IMG/VR virus record: IMGVR_UViG_3300045391_002348 | Location: 16,889-80,888 of that record | Source: a virus | Taxonomy: Duplodnaviria > Caudoviricetes | Direction: 5' to 3' (one strand) | DNA length: 64,000 nt | Shown: positions 18,879 through 28,091 of the stretch, piece after piece | How positions within the stretch are numbered: position 1 is the first letter of the stretch | Layout of the letters: the number at the start of each line of letters is the position of its first letter | Made by a program: the position numbers and the translations under genes | The notes under the pieces: model-generated | The model's input: the letters and a program-made list of their open reading frames with translations, nothing else | The model's database searches: none | Told to the model about the DNA's origin: nothing

Positions 18879-20909
18879 ATGACCGATACCTATACAACAC
18901 GGGTCGTAGTCGAGGGTGAGGATCACACCGAGCCAATGACCCGCGAGCTCTCTCGGAGGATGTCCGAGGTAGGCGGAACGATCGAGAAGGCCATGACTGG
19001 CCGGACCCGTGACACAGAGAACCGGGTCCAGGAGCACACCCGTCATATCGCTCACATGTACCATGAGATGGCCACAGAGACCTCGGAGAACCTGTCAAAG
19101 TTACTTCTCGGTGCAGGAATCGAGGAAGGGATGCGTAGATCGTTCGAGAAGTTCGCCGAGTTCGAGCGCGTTCAGACCCGCGTTGGCATCTCCACCGGAG
19201 CCTCGGCGAGTTCGATACACAACCTGAGCCGACAGGTAGAGGACCTGGCAGCAAAGACCGGCGCTAGTTCGGGGAAACTACTGGAGCTGTTTGATGAGTT
19301 CAAAGAGAAAGCCGGTATGTCGTTCGAGGTGGCTCAGAAGGCCTTCGGACAGATAGTGGATGCGTCTCACGCGGCTGGCACCTCCGTTGAGAATGTCATG
19401 CAGGCTGCAATATCGGCAATCCATAACCTGGGTGTCACGGCCGAGGAGCTTCCCAAGGTTCTGAATGCTTGGCATACCTCTGTACCCCAGGCTATGTACG
19501 AGCCATTCGCGAATGTGGCTCCTCGCATCTCTGAAACTCTCGCGACCCTCGGCTTCACAGGAGAAAAGACAGCCCGTGAGCTCGGAGCGATATTCACCCA
19601 GATGGGGACCTCCCTCGGAGAGCCTCGCAGGGCAGCCATGGCTCTCGAGGCTGTTATGAACAATATCGGCAACCTGGGCAGCAAGCTCGGGATGCTAATC
19701 CTCCCGCAGCTCCAGAGTATCCGGGAGAGCGGCGGCGGGATGATCGAGGTCTTCAAGGCAATCCACGAGAATCTTGACAAGATCGGATACTGGACGGCGG
19801 ACCCTCTCCACCAGGCCCGGATGCGAAAGATGTTTGACATAGATCCCGCGTCGATCAAGGCTATCGATATCGTGAAGCGTAACTATCACGAGATCGAGGA
19901 GTCAATGCACAAGGGACTGACCGCGACCGAGGCCATCGAGAAGGCCTTGAAGCGTCTCGGCAACGACTCCCAGGCATCGATCGACCAGATAACAGCAGCC
20001 TTCGACGGTCTTGCCAAGTCAGTTGGTAAGTTTCTAGTAGACGTCATGAAGCTCCCAGAAGTAATGAAGCTCATGACCCTCGCGATGAAGGCCCTGACCG
20101 ACGCCGTCCCATGGTCGAAGGGGCCGAGCGAGGAGGAGAGCCAGAAGAACACTGAGGACTGGATCAAGACGCAGGAGCGATTGAAGAACCGGTTCGGTCC
20201 CTCCATCCTGGACCAGGGAGCGGCCCAGCGAGAGAAGAACCAGGAGGAGATAGCGAAGCAGAGGCTCCGAGACAAGATAGAGAGCGGAGAATTAAACAGG
20301 CCAGAGGATGATCCGTGGTACCGGGAGCCGTACACGCCTGATCCGAATTACGTTCCTCCGAACAGGTCCCCTCCGAAGGCTGATAAGCCTGCCGAGACAC
20401 ACGCACCAGCACACAAGCCGGAGGGTCGGGGAGTCCATAGCGAGACCCCGTATGTAGCCCCTCACCCCGGCCCTCCCCCTCGCCCGCAGCAACCTCCGAT
20501 GCGGATGCCTACTCCGCAGGCTCCACACCTGAGACCGCGGGAGGAGCCCCAGGCGCCTCCGAAGCCTGCTCCCTCCCACGGAGCGCTGGAGGGGGCGAGG
20601 TTCGCCAGCAACGACGACTGGTTCAACGTAGAGCCGAAGAAGCAACCAGACCGGGGCAACTTCGAGCCTGACGCAGATCGTCCGGATGAGGGGGACGATC
20701 AGTTCTCTGATCGAGGAGGACAGCCCGGCGGGTTCGACGCGGCTGCCTGGCGCCGAGAGATGGAGAAGCCGCTCCGACTTAACATCGAGGCCCCAGGAGT
20801 TCACAGGCCGACCCGGAGAGCTGCAGCGAGGCAGAAAGAGGGCTGGCTCCAAAATGACAGCGCTCGCATGGCTCGCTATGACAGCTTTGCAGACATAGGG
20901 TTCGCATAA
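18879..20909 (+). CDS. Tape measure protein with Pro-rich C-terminus
   Basis: Helical TMP core (FAEFERVQTRVGIST...) and position. Confidence 0.85.
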   Translation: MTDTYTTRVVVEGEDHTEPMTRELSRRMSEVGGTIEKAMTGRTRDTENRVQEHTRHIAHMYHEMATETSENLSKLLLGAGIEEGMRRSFEKFAEFERVQTRVGISTGASASSIHNLSRQVEDLAAKTGASSGKLLELFDEFKEKAGMSFEVAQKAFGQIVDASHAAGTSVENVMQAAISAIHNLGVTAEELPKVLNAWHTSVPQAMYEPFANVAPRISETLATLGFTGEKTARELGAIFTQMGTSLGEPRRAAMALEAVMNNIGNLGSKLGMLILPQLQSIRESGGGMIEVFKAIHENLDKIGYWTADPLHQARMRKMFDIDPASIKAIDIVKRNYHEIEESMHKGLTATEAIEKALKRLGNDSQASIDQITAAFDGLAKSVGKFLVDVMKLPEVMKLMTLAMKALTDAVPWSKGPSEEESQKNTEDWIKTQERLKNRFGPSILDQGAAQREKNQEEIAKQRLRDKIESGELNRPEDDPWYREPYTPDPNYVPPNRSPPKADKPAETHAPAHKPEGRGVHSETPYVAPHPGPPPRPQQPPMRMPTPQAPHLRPREEPQAPPKPAPSHGALEGARFASNDDWFNVEPKKQPDRGNFEPDADRPDEGDDQFSDRGGQPGGFDAAAWRREMEKPLRLNIEAPGVHRPTRRAAARQKEGWLQNDSARMARYDSFADIGFA

Positions 20910-20910
20910 G

Positions 20911-21432
20911 ATGCCACAGGGTAGTGCTCCCCCGGCTGACTGGAGGGCGACAGAGAGCGGCAACTTGCCGTCATACCGTCCTGCTACTACGCAGGGCGAT
21001 CCCATGCTGTATCAGTGGGGGCCTGTCCAGTTCAAGGTCTTTCCTCTTAACCTCCACGAGATCGACCACGAGACGGCGACCGACTGGGCGAAGAAGGAGA
21101 TCGTCGGCGCGGCGATCTACAGAGAGTGGGTCGGAGAGAATGACGAGACGCTCTACATCCGCGGCCGCATCTTCCCCTACAGGATAGGGGGCATGTCGGC
21201 CCTGGAGGCCTTCGAGGCGATGCGGCGAGGGGGAATAGCAAATATGATGATCCGCGGCGACGGCGCTGTCCTCGGCTGGTTCGTCTGCGAGAAGTTAGTC
21301 CGCAACCACACCTCCCTCTCCTCTCAGGGTGTGGGCCAGATGATTGCGTTCGAGGCCGTCCTGACCCGCGTACCCGTTCCGGAGAATGACCAGTACGCGA
21401 GCCAACTCTGGGGCTCGGTTCTTAACAGGTAG
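20911..21432 (+). CDS. Tail protein U (P2 gpU-like)
   Basis: LYQWGPVQF...EWVGENDETLYIRG...GAVLGWFV. Confidence 0.88.
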   Translation: MPQGSAPPADWRATESGNLPSYRPATTQGDPMLYQWGPVQFKVFPLNLHEIDHETATDWAKKEIVGAAIYREWVGENDETLYIRGRIFPYRIGGMSALEAFEAMRRGGIANMMIRGDGAVLGWFVCEKLVRNHTSLSSQGVGQMIAFEAVLTRVPVPENDQYASQLWGSVLNR

Positions 21433-21435
21433 CAG

Positions 21436-21708
21436 ATGGCAATCGCAGGCTTCGAGATAATCCAGGTCACAAGTGACTTCGTCACGATCGACCTCATCAT
21501 CTGGCGGCGCTACATGCAGAGAGCCCGCGGGCTCGTTGAACTCATGCTCGACGCGAACCCGCACCTCTCCCGCCTCCATCAGTCGTCTCCGTTCTTGCCG
21601 GTGGGGACACTCATCCGCGTTCCGATCGATCCTAGTATGATGGTCGGGAAGCCGCCGGCCTCCGACATGTCGAACCTCTGGACCGACCGTAAGGGATATT
21701 CTCTGTGA
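21436..21708 (+). CDS. Tail protein X
   Basis: TIDLIIWRRY...LDANPHL...LPVGTLIRVP. Confidence 0.88.
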   Translation: MAIAGFEIIQVTSDFVTIDLIIWRRYMQRARGLVELMLDANPHLSRLHQSSPFLPVGTLIRVPIDPSMMVGKPPASDMSNLWTDRKGYSL

Positions 21709-22883
21709 CATTGTACGATCCCAACTCCGGCTTCGACCCTTTCAAGGGGTCGGCTACGAATGCGAACAAACTACTCGCGTACTGCAAGGTCGTGGTGGAT
21801 GGGGTAGATGTAACCGACAGGCTGGAGCCGCACTTGGAGCTCGTCCGTGTCGTCGACTCGATCTACAGCGAGGCTTATCTGGAGGTCGACGACCGTGATG
21901 CCAGACTTCCTATCCCACCCTTCGGGGCTCCGGTGAAGATCGAGATGGGTTGGCGCTTCAAGGGTAAGCAGTCCACCGTCATGGTATTCGACGGACTAGT
22001 CCAGGACCTAGAGCACGGGAACGACAGGACGACCGGTCGCAAGATGTGGGTTCACTGCTGGGGTCGAGACCTCCTCAGCCGGATCAAGGAGCCCATGCAG
22101 GATCACCTCGGCGAGGGGGCTCCTCCCGGGAAGGAGATCGGAGAGCAGCACAAGCTCGGCGATTGGATCAGACAGATTGAGAAGAACGCCGGAGCGAAGG
22201 TGAAGATACACCCGGCCCTCTATGGCAAGACCCGCGACTACTGGGTCCAGCCCGGAGAGAGCTTCGAGCACACGATGCAGGACCTCGCGAACCAGGTCGG
22301 CGCGGTTTTCCGCCTCACCGCCGGCAACGAGGGTATCTTCACACTCCCGGGGGAGGAGCCTGACGGCTCCTCGACGGCCGACAGCGCTGTGACAGCTAAG
22401 TGGGGCGACAACCTCATCTCCTGGCGGGTTCACCCACTGGCTGCGAGACCGAGCTGGGCGAAGACGAACCAGCAGTATTACTCGGCGCGCAAAGGACAAT
22501 GGCGCGTCGTCCAGAAGGACCTGAACCTGCCGCTTCCATGGGGCGGCGCGAAGGCTATCTACGCCCTGCCGGCCCCGGCTCCTAACGCTCCTGTGTCAGA
22601 TCAGCTGAACCAGGGAACGATCCAGTTCGCCGGCATCGAGCCGGGGTTCGGACGTCTCTGTATGAACGGGGAGCCCGACGCCCGGTTCAACGGATATGTG
22701 AAGTTGACAGGGGTCCGCCCGGGTGTCGACGGTATCTACTGGATCACATCGGCCGAGCACATCTACAGCCGGATGGGTTACGTGACCTGGCTCGACGTCC
22801 AGATCGACCTCCGGAACTGGAAGGGCGGGGGAGGAGTACAGGACGGCTACATCCCGGACAGTGCTGCAGAGTCGACGGGGTAG
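21705..22883 (+). CDS. Baseplate hub / late control protein D
   Basis: DVTDRL...EVDDRD...EMGW, ARFNGYVKLTGVRPGVDGIYWITSAEH. Confidence 0.88.
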   Translation: MTLYDPNSGFDPFKGSATNANKLLAYCKVVVDGVDVTDRLEPHLELVRVVDSIYSEAYLEVDDRDARLPIPPFGAPVKIEMGWRFKGKQSTVMVFDGLVQDLEHGNDRTTGRKMWVHCWGRDLLSRIKEPMQDHLGEGAPPGKEIGEQHKLGDWIRQIEKNAGAKVKIHPALYGKTRDYWVQPGESFEHTMQDLANQVGAVFRLTAGNEGIFTLPGEEPDGSSTADSAVTAKWGDNLISWRVHPLAARPSWAKTNQQYYSARKGQWRVVQKDLNLPLPWGGAKAIYALPAPAPNAPVSDQLNQGTIQFAGIEPGFGRLCMNGEPDARFNGYVKLTGVRPGVDGIYWITSAEHIYSRMGYVTWLDVQIDLRNWKGGGGVQDGYIPDSAAESTG

Positions 22884-22886
22884 GCA

Positions 22887-24803
22887 GTGTCTGTATTTCA
22901 GATCGGGGCGCTGTTCTCTGGCGAGAGCAATCTAGCAAAGCGGGTCCGGTACCAGCCAGAGCGTATCTCAGCATTGTTTGCTGGGACCTTTCGTGTCGTA
23001 ATTGGACGGGCCTCCCTCCCAACGATTATACACGCGCGCCACGAGTGGCCGGACGGAATAAACAGTCATATCCGAGAGGCTGTCTACAGCAATCACAACG
23101 ACGAGCACCAGATCGTCGTGGATGGAAGATCGCTCGTTGGTCTATCCTCCGACGGGGTCGGGGTGGCCGAGAAGATCACGGTCGTTCCTCCCCTCGTTCT
23201 CAGCAACGGACACCTCTCATTCGATCCCACGACGATCCAGGACAACCTCGACGGGACGGTGGCCTCCATCTCCTCTCTCAGAGGGGATATGCAGGCCCAG
23301 ATCGACGCTCTGATCAACGCCCTCGCTGCAGAGGTTGCGATAAGAAAAGACGCCCAGGACGCTCTGTCCTCCGCTCTAACTCTGGAGACATCGATCCGAG
23401 CCGCTGCCGATGCTGAGGTCGCTGCCTCCACCTCGTCCTCCGACATCAGGCCGGGGACTGTCCTGTATGCCCAGTCGGTGGTCGGCGTAAATAACAATGA
23501 CATAGTAACTGGGAATAATCTTCGCGTCATCGGGTTCCAAGCGGGAAGCGTTTCTACTCCGCACATGACCTACACGTCCTATGACGGCGTCGGATTTCAG
23601 ACGCTCGCCGTGGAGTTGGATGGTGTTACAGGTTCTGGACTTTTCAACATCGGCACCTTTACTAACACTGCACAGGGCTCCGGCATCCCGGGCAGCTGGA
23701 TGAACATCTCCGGTTTCAACATCGGAGCGAACGGCTTCGGCATCTTCGTCCGCATCCCGTGGCCGAGGGTCGTCTCGATCCAGACCGGGGCGGGAGCCCT
23801 CCTCGCATCGACGAAGATGATGAAGGTTGCCCAGCCCGGTAGAATGATTGGCGCAGGCTCCCTGTCAGCGAATGCGAAGTACCAGCCGGAGAGGGTCCAG
23901 GCGAAGTTCGCCGGCACGGGAGTCGTTCTGACCTCTACTCTAAAGCTGGTGTCTCCGCTCGCCTCGATCCAGTTCAACGCCGCCTCATCTCTCAATGGCG
24001 ACGCTCAGCCTACTCTCCGCTGGCAGGGGGATACGATTGGAAGTCTTGCCGCGAGTGCCCGGTACGCCCGGGGCGGATCGGCCCTGCTATCTGGTGCGAG
24101 CTCTCTATCAGCCAAGACCGTCTCGCGCTCTACCGCCTCGGCCCTCGTCCCCGCCGTCGGTTCTCTCATAGCCAGCATGCCTGGTCCTCAGAGGTATGAC
24201 GGAGCGAACATAGCCGGGGCCACGACCCTCAAGTCGTCCTCTCTCGTGCTCAGGACTGGCTCTGCTCTATTCGCGGGAACCTCCACCCTCGCCGCGTCTA
24301 CAAAACAACGCGAGGCTGTTTTCCCGCTGGTCGGAGGAGCCGGTGCTGTCTCTGCCGGGACCATCCAGAGGCTCGCGGCCTCGGCCCTCATCGGGGGGAC
24401 GAGCAGCCTCCCCGTCACAGCCGTGATGACAGCTCTGGCATCGTCCAAGTCCTCCGGGTCCTCTCTCATGCCTGTAGCTGCGGTCCTCTATCAGATGGCA
24501 TCCGCCTCTCTCATGCAAGGAGCAACCGACCTGACTTCTGATGCGACCGGCTTATTCTCCGTCCCGATAGACGGAGAGAGTACTCTCGCCAGTGACACGA
24601 CCGCGAAGCTCTCAGCCAGGGCCACGATGAACGGAGAGGGTGGCCTCGCTGCCGAGACAGTCGCAAACTTCGAGACCGGCTCCGCCTCCAATGGTGAGAG
24701 CTCGCTAGAGGGTATAGCCTGGACCACCGGGGATATGATAGAGGCGCAGTCCGACGGTGAGAGCGACCTCCAGGTCGATGCCGAGATAGTACAGGAGGGC
24801 TAG
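22887..24803 (+). CDS. Ser/Ala/Gly-repeat virion protein (fibre-like)
   Basis: GTG start; recurrent (L/F)xG.(S/G).L.A units and a short coiled coil. Confidence 0.7.
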   Translation: MSVFQIGALFSGESNLAKRVRYQPERISALFAGTFRVVIGRASLPTIIHARHEWPDGINSHIREAVYSNHNDEHQIVVDGRSLVGLSSDGVGVAEKITVVPPLVLSNGHLSFDPTTIQDNLDGTVASISSLRGDMQAQIDALINALAAEVAIRKDAQDALSSALTLETSIRAAADAEVAASTSSSDIRPGTVLYAQSVVGVNNNDIVTGNNLRVIGFQAGSVSTPHMTYTSYDGVGFQTLAVELDGVTGSGLFNIGTFTNTAQGSGIPGSWMNISGFNIGANGFGIFVRIPWPRVVSIQTGAGALLASTKMMKVAQPGRMIGAGSLSANAKYQPERVQAKFAGTGVVLTSTLKLVSPLASIQFNAASSLNGDAQPTLRWQGDTIGSLAASARYARGGSALLSGASSLSAKTVSRSTASALVPAVGSLIASMPGPQRYDGANIAGATTLKSSSLVLRTGSALFAGTSTLAASTKQREAVFPLVGGAGAVSAGTIQRLAASALIGGTSSLPVTAVMTALASSKSSGSSLMPVAAVLYQMASASLMQGATDLTSDATGLFSVPIDGESTLASDTTAKLSARATMNGEGGLAAETVANFETGSASNGESSLEGIAWTTGDMIEAQSDGESDLQVDAEIVQEG

Positions 24804-24869
24804 AATGAGATAGAGGCTTTGCTAAGTAGTGCAAGTTACAAACTTCTAACTAAAGATCAGGGCACACTA

Positions 24870-26714
24870 ATGAAAACGATTGTAGTAAAATGCCGGTACG
24901 GCGCCATCCAGGTGTTTGCCGACGACCGGTTCATATCGAAGTCCTTGCTGGAGCTCGGGGAGTACAGCGAGAGAGAGGTCGACCTGTGGAGGCACATCCT
25001 ACGACCAGAGATGATCGCAGTGGAGGTTGGAGCGAACATCGGAGCCCTCACCCTCCCTCTCGCCGGGATCGTCTCTCACGTCTACGCGATCGAGCCCCAG
25101 CCGCAGATCAACGACCTGCTCCTGGAGAATACGAAGCATCTTCCGAACGTCACTGTCATGAATATGGCGATTGGAAGTACGCGGGGGATCATGTATGCTC
25201 CGAGCTTGGATCACCTCTCGGATACGAACTATGGGGCCATCGAGATGGGTTCTGACGGTGACTGCCAGGTTCCCGTCGTTCCCCTCGACACGCTCCCCCT
25301 GGGAGAGCGTGTCGACTTCATAAAGATCGACGTCGAGGGGATGGAGGCCGACGTCCTGAAGGGGGCGAGGGAGATAATTAACAGATGTCGACCGCTCCTC
25401 TATGTCGAGAATGATCGACCGGGGTTCGACAGTCTAATCGGGACAGTGAGAGCCCTGGGCTATAGGTGCTGGTGGCACCTGCCGCCGCTATTTTCTAGTA
25501 ACAACTTCAGGGGTTCTACGAAGAACCCGTTCGGTGAGCTCGTCTCTATGAACATGCTCTGCATCCCTACCGAGAGGGTGCCCGAGTTTGCGAAAGTAAC
25601 AGCAGACCTCCGCCCGGCTGTACCGGCCTCTGTTGGTCGCAAGGGCTGGGTCGGGGTCGCCCGCTTCGGAGGGATCGGAGATGATCTCATCGCAGCCTCG
25701 GTGCTCGCTCCTCTGAAGCGACAGGGCTACAAGATCGACATCATAACCCAGATGCCGCAGGGTGTCGTGTTCGAGAACAACCCTTATGTGGACAAGCTCT
25801 CGATCAAGGAGCCCGGGGAGATACCGAACACAGATCAGATGGCCTGGCAGAATTGGTTCAAGACCCGTGCTGGGGAGTACGATAAGTTTGTGAACCTGAG
25901 TCACAGTTGTGAGGTCTCGCTCGCGATCCTAGCAGCTATGACGCAGGCCCAGTGGCTCCCGTCGGCCCGCAGGAAGTACTTCGGGCACAACTATCTGGAG
26001 TTCGTGCACGACCTCTTGGAGGTCCCCTATGAGTTCGGCCCCCTGTTCTTTCCCACCGAGGAGGAGAGGGACCAGGCCGCTCACACCAGGCGGAGGATCG
26101 GCACCGGTCCTATCATCGGCTGGTGCCTGAACGGGAGCAGGGTTGACAAGGTCTACGCAGCCCTGCCCATCGCGATTGCCCGGGTGATCAAGGAGCTGGG
26201 GGCGCAGGTCGTCATGTTCGGGGCTCCTCCCCCGAGGCCGGACTTCGCCGCGGCGAAGCAGTGCCAGGAGCATGTGATAAATCAGAACGGCACCGACCGA
26301 GGTCTCCACCTCGCTCTCTCGCCGAACGATGTCGACAACTCCTGGCCGATCAGAAGGATGCTGACGCAGGTCCTCGACTGCGACGTGGTAGTAGGTCCGG
26401 ACACCGGCCCCATGTGGGCTGCAGCCTTTGAGCAGATGCCGAAGATCATGCTGCATAGTCACGCCAGTCAGAACAACATTACGAAGCACTGGCGAAATAC
26501 CATCAGTCTGATCCCGGACCAGAGAGAGGTTCCGTGCTGGCCCTGCCACCTCTTGCACGACGATGTCGGGAGTTGCCAGAGAGAGCAGCGACGCTGTGGT
26601 CTCAAGCCGGACACGAACGACAAGGCGGCAGCCTGCATCAGCTCGATCTCCGTCGAGACGATCGTGGGGGCTATCAGGAGTGTATTAACAAACCGGGAGA
26701 AATCCAGTGTCTAA
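24870..26714 (+). CDS. FkbM-family methyltransferase fused to GT9-like glycosyltransferase
   Basis: EVGANIG, FIKIDVEGMEADVLKGA (FkbM); RFGGIGDDL, DVVVGPDTGPMWAAA (GT9). Confidence 0.9.
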   Translation: MKTIVVKCRYGAIQVFADDRFISKSLLELGEYSEREVDLWRHILRPEMIAVEVGANIGALTLPLAGIVSHVYAIEPQPQINDLLLENTKHLPNVTVMNMAIGSTRGIMYAPSLDHLSDTNYGAIEMGSDGDCQVPVVPLDTLPLGERVDFIKIDVEGMEADVLKGAREIINRCRPLLYVENDRPGFDSLIGTVRALGYRCWWHLPPLFSSNNFRGSTKNPFGELVSMNMLCIPTERVPEFAKVTADLRPAVPASVGRKGWVGVARFGGIGDDLIAASVLAPLKRQGYKIDIITQMPQGVVFENNPYVDKLSIKEPGEIPNTDQMAWQNWFKTRAGEYDKFVNLSHSCEVSLAILAAMTQAQWLPSARRKYFGHNYLEFVHDLLEVPYEFGPLFFPTEEERDQAAHTRRRIGTGPIIGWCLNGSRVDKVYAALPIAIARVIKELGAQVVMFGAPPPRPDFAAAKQCQEHVINQNGTDRGLHLALSPNDVDNSWPIRRMLTQVLDCDVVVGPDTGPMWAAAFEQMPKIMLHSHASQNNITKHWRNTISLIPDQREVPCWPCHLLHDDVGSCQREQRRCGLKPDTNDKAAACISSISVETIVGAIRSVLTNREKSSV

Positions 26715-26946
26715 TAAAGACGACGAGTTCGAGTACCAGACCCGCACGCTGGTAATCGACGCTAACTTAGCGGCCGAGTGCGAGAAGCTGCAGAAGGGTG
26801 GGTGGGAGATCACCCCCGGTGCACTTCCGGTAGCCATCTATCACCTCCGGAAGCGCGCAGCGTCTCCGGCCGTGATGGCAGAGGGAGGGGTCACGATCGA
26901 CGACTCCATGGTCACCATCATCCGCGGTAACGGCGCCGCCAGCTGA
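26707..26946 (+). CDS. Hypothetical protein
   Basis: GTG overlapping the previous gene; fills the gap. Confidence 0.55.
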   Translation: MSNKDDEFEYQTRTLVIDANLAAECEKLQKGGWEITPGALPVAIYHLRKRAASPAVMAEGGVTIDDSMVTIIRGNGAAS

Positions 26947-26981
26947 GTGACTTAACTAACTGAAACCACAAGAGGAGAACT

Positions 26982-27455
26982 ATGATGCACACGAAACGGT
27001 CCGAGCGCATTCGGCTGATGAACCTCGGTCTCACCGTACCGATGCTCGCTCGGTTTGCTAACATATCCCAGGCCATGAGTAAGAGCATGCTCGACTGGGC
27101 TCTCAACGGGGCCACCCCGACCCGGCCCGGCGCGGTCTACGCCGGCCTTGCTCTCGGTGCTCCGGGTAGCGCAGCCTCCTCCGAGATCGGAACGGGCTCG
27201 GGGTACACCCGCCAGACTATGGCCATGGGTGCAGCAGGAACTCCGTCCGGCTCGGGTACTGCTACAAACAACGCGAACGTGACCTTCGGTCCGTTCTCCA
27301 CGGCTCAGTCCATCAGCGGCATCTTCCTGGCGGACACCGTCTCGTCCGGCGCAGGTACGATGCTGTTCTACGGAACTCTGACGACCCCCCGGACCGTCTC
27401 TCCTGGAGACAGTCTCGTCGTCTCATCGGCAGCTCTGACCATCACCCTGAGCTGA
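26982..27455 (+). CDS. Small virion (tail fibre-associated) protein
   Basis: SD GAGGAG; VYAGLA...GYTRQ...TNNANVTF...MLFYGTLTTPRTVSPGDSL pattern common in phage fibre modules. Confidence 0.75.
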   Translation: MMHTKRSERIRLMNLGLTVPMLARFANISQAMSKSMLDWALNGATPTRPGAVYAGLALGAPGSAASSEIGTGSGYTRQTMAMGAAGTPSGSGTATNNANVTFGPFSTAQSISGIFLADTVSSGAGTMLFYGTLTTPRTVSPGDSLVVSSAALTITLS

Positions 27456-28090
27456 TGGCCAAGATCGGCGTCGTATTCTACGCGGACGATCCTCATCGCC
27501 GCATCTTCCGCACGGTTCACCTCGTCCCGGGCGACACTGACGCCGAGTTTGACAAACCAGAGTGGGTCACGGTCGGGGTCGATCCGTACCGCGTCGCCAC
27601 TCTGGAGGTCATCGACGAGGCCGAGTTACCAGGTCGTCCGAGGGGTTCTGTGTCGATGCCAGCCGACGAGCCGTGGCCCCCTCCGCCTCCTGAACCGTAC
27701 AGGGCTCCCGCTGACTTGATTAGCGCGACACTGGACTTCGCAGCAGTCGACTCAGGTGATGTCCTCATCGACCTGGGGTGCGGAGTCGGTGACTGGCTGG
27801 CCGCGGCCCGTCTTCGGGGGGCTCATGCGATTGGCATAGAGATAGACGGCCGTCTCGTCGAGAAGGCCCGGATGATCGACGGGGTCGAGGTCCGTCACGG
27901 GAGTGTCGAGGGGGCCGACCTGTCGGAGGCCACTGTGGTGATCGCAAACATGGGCGAGAGTCTCCCACGAAATATCCTGTCACTCGCGACAGGGTCTCGA
28001 CTGGTAGTCGTGGACGCTCCCCCGTGGTTGAAGGTCCCCGTCCTGCGGTCGGAGTTTAACGGTCACTCGATGGGACTGTGGCGGCTGTAG
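27455..28090 (+). CDS. Class I SAM-dependent methyltransferase
   Basis: LIDLGCGVG motif I, IGIEID, ADLSEATVV. Confidence 0.85.
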   Translation: MAKIGVVFYADDPHRRIFRTVHLVPGDTDAEFDKPEWVTVGVDPYRVATLEVIDEAELPGRPRGSVSMPADEPWPPPPPEPYRAPADLISATLDFAAVDSGDVLIDLGCGVGDWLAAARLRGAHAIGIEIDGRLVEKARMIDGVEVRHGSVEGADLSEATVVIANMGESLPRNILSLATGSRLVVVDAPPWLKVPVLRSEFNGHSMGLWRL

Positions 28091-28091
28091 G

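Noticed and set aside
18405-18879. Programmed -1 frameshift in the tail chaperone (P2 E/E' type)
   Set aside because: The chaperone stop is 3 nt from the tape measure start, leaving no room for an extension ORF, and no clear slippery heptamer was found.
27455-28090. This MTase as the carboxy-SAM synthase CmoA
   Set aside because: Motif I is DLGCGVG rather than the CmoA-type DLGCS. It is in the virion operon and lacks other CmoA features I can recognise.
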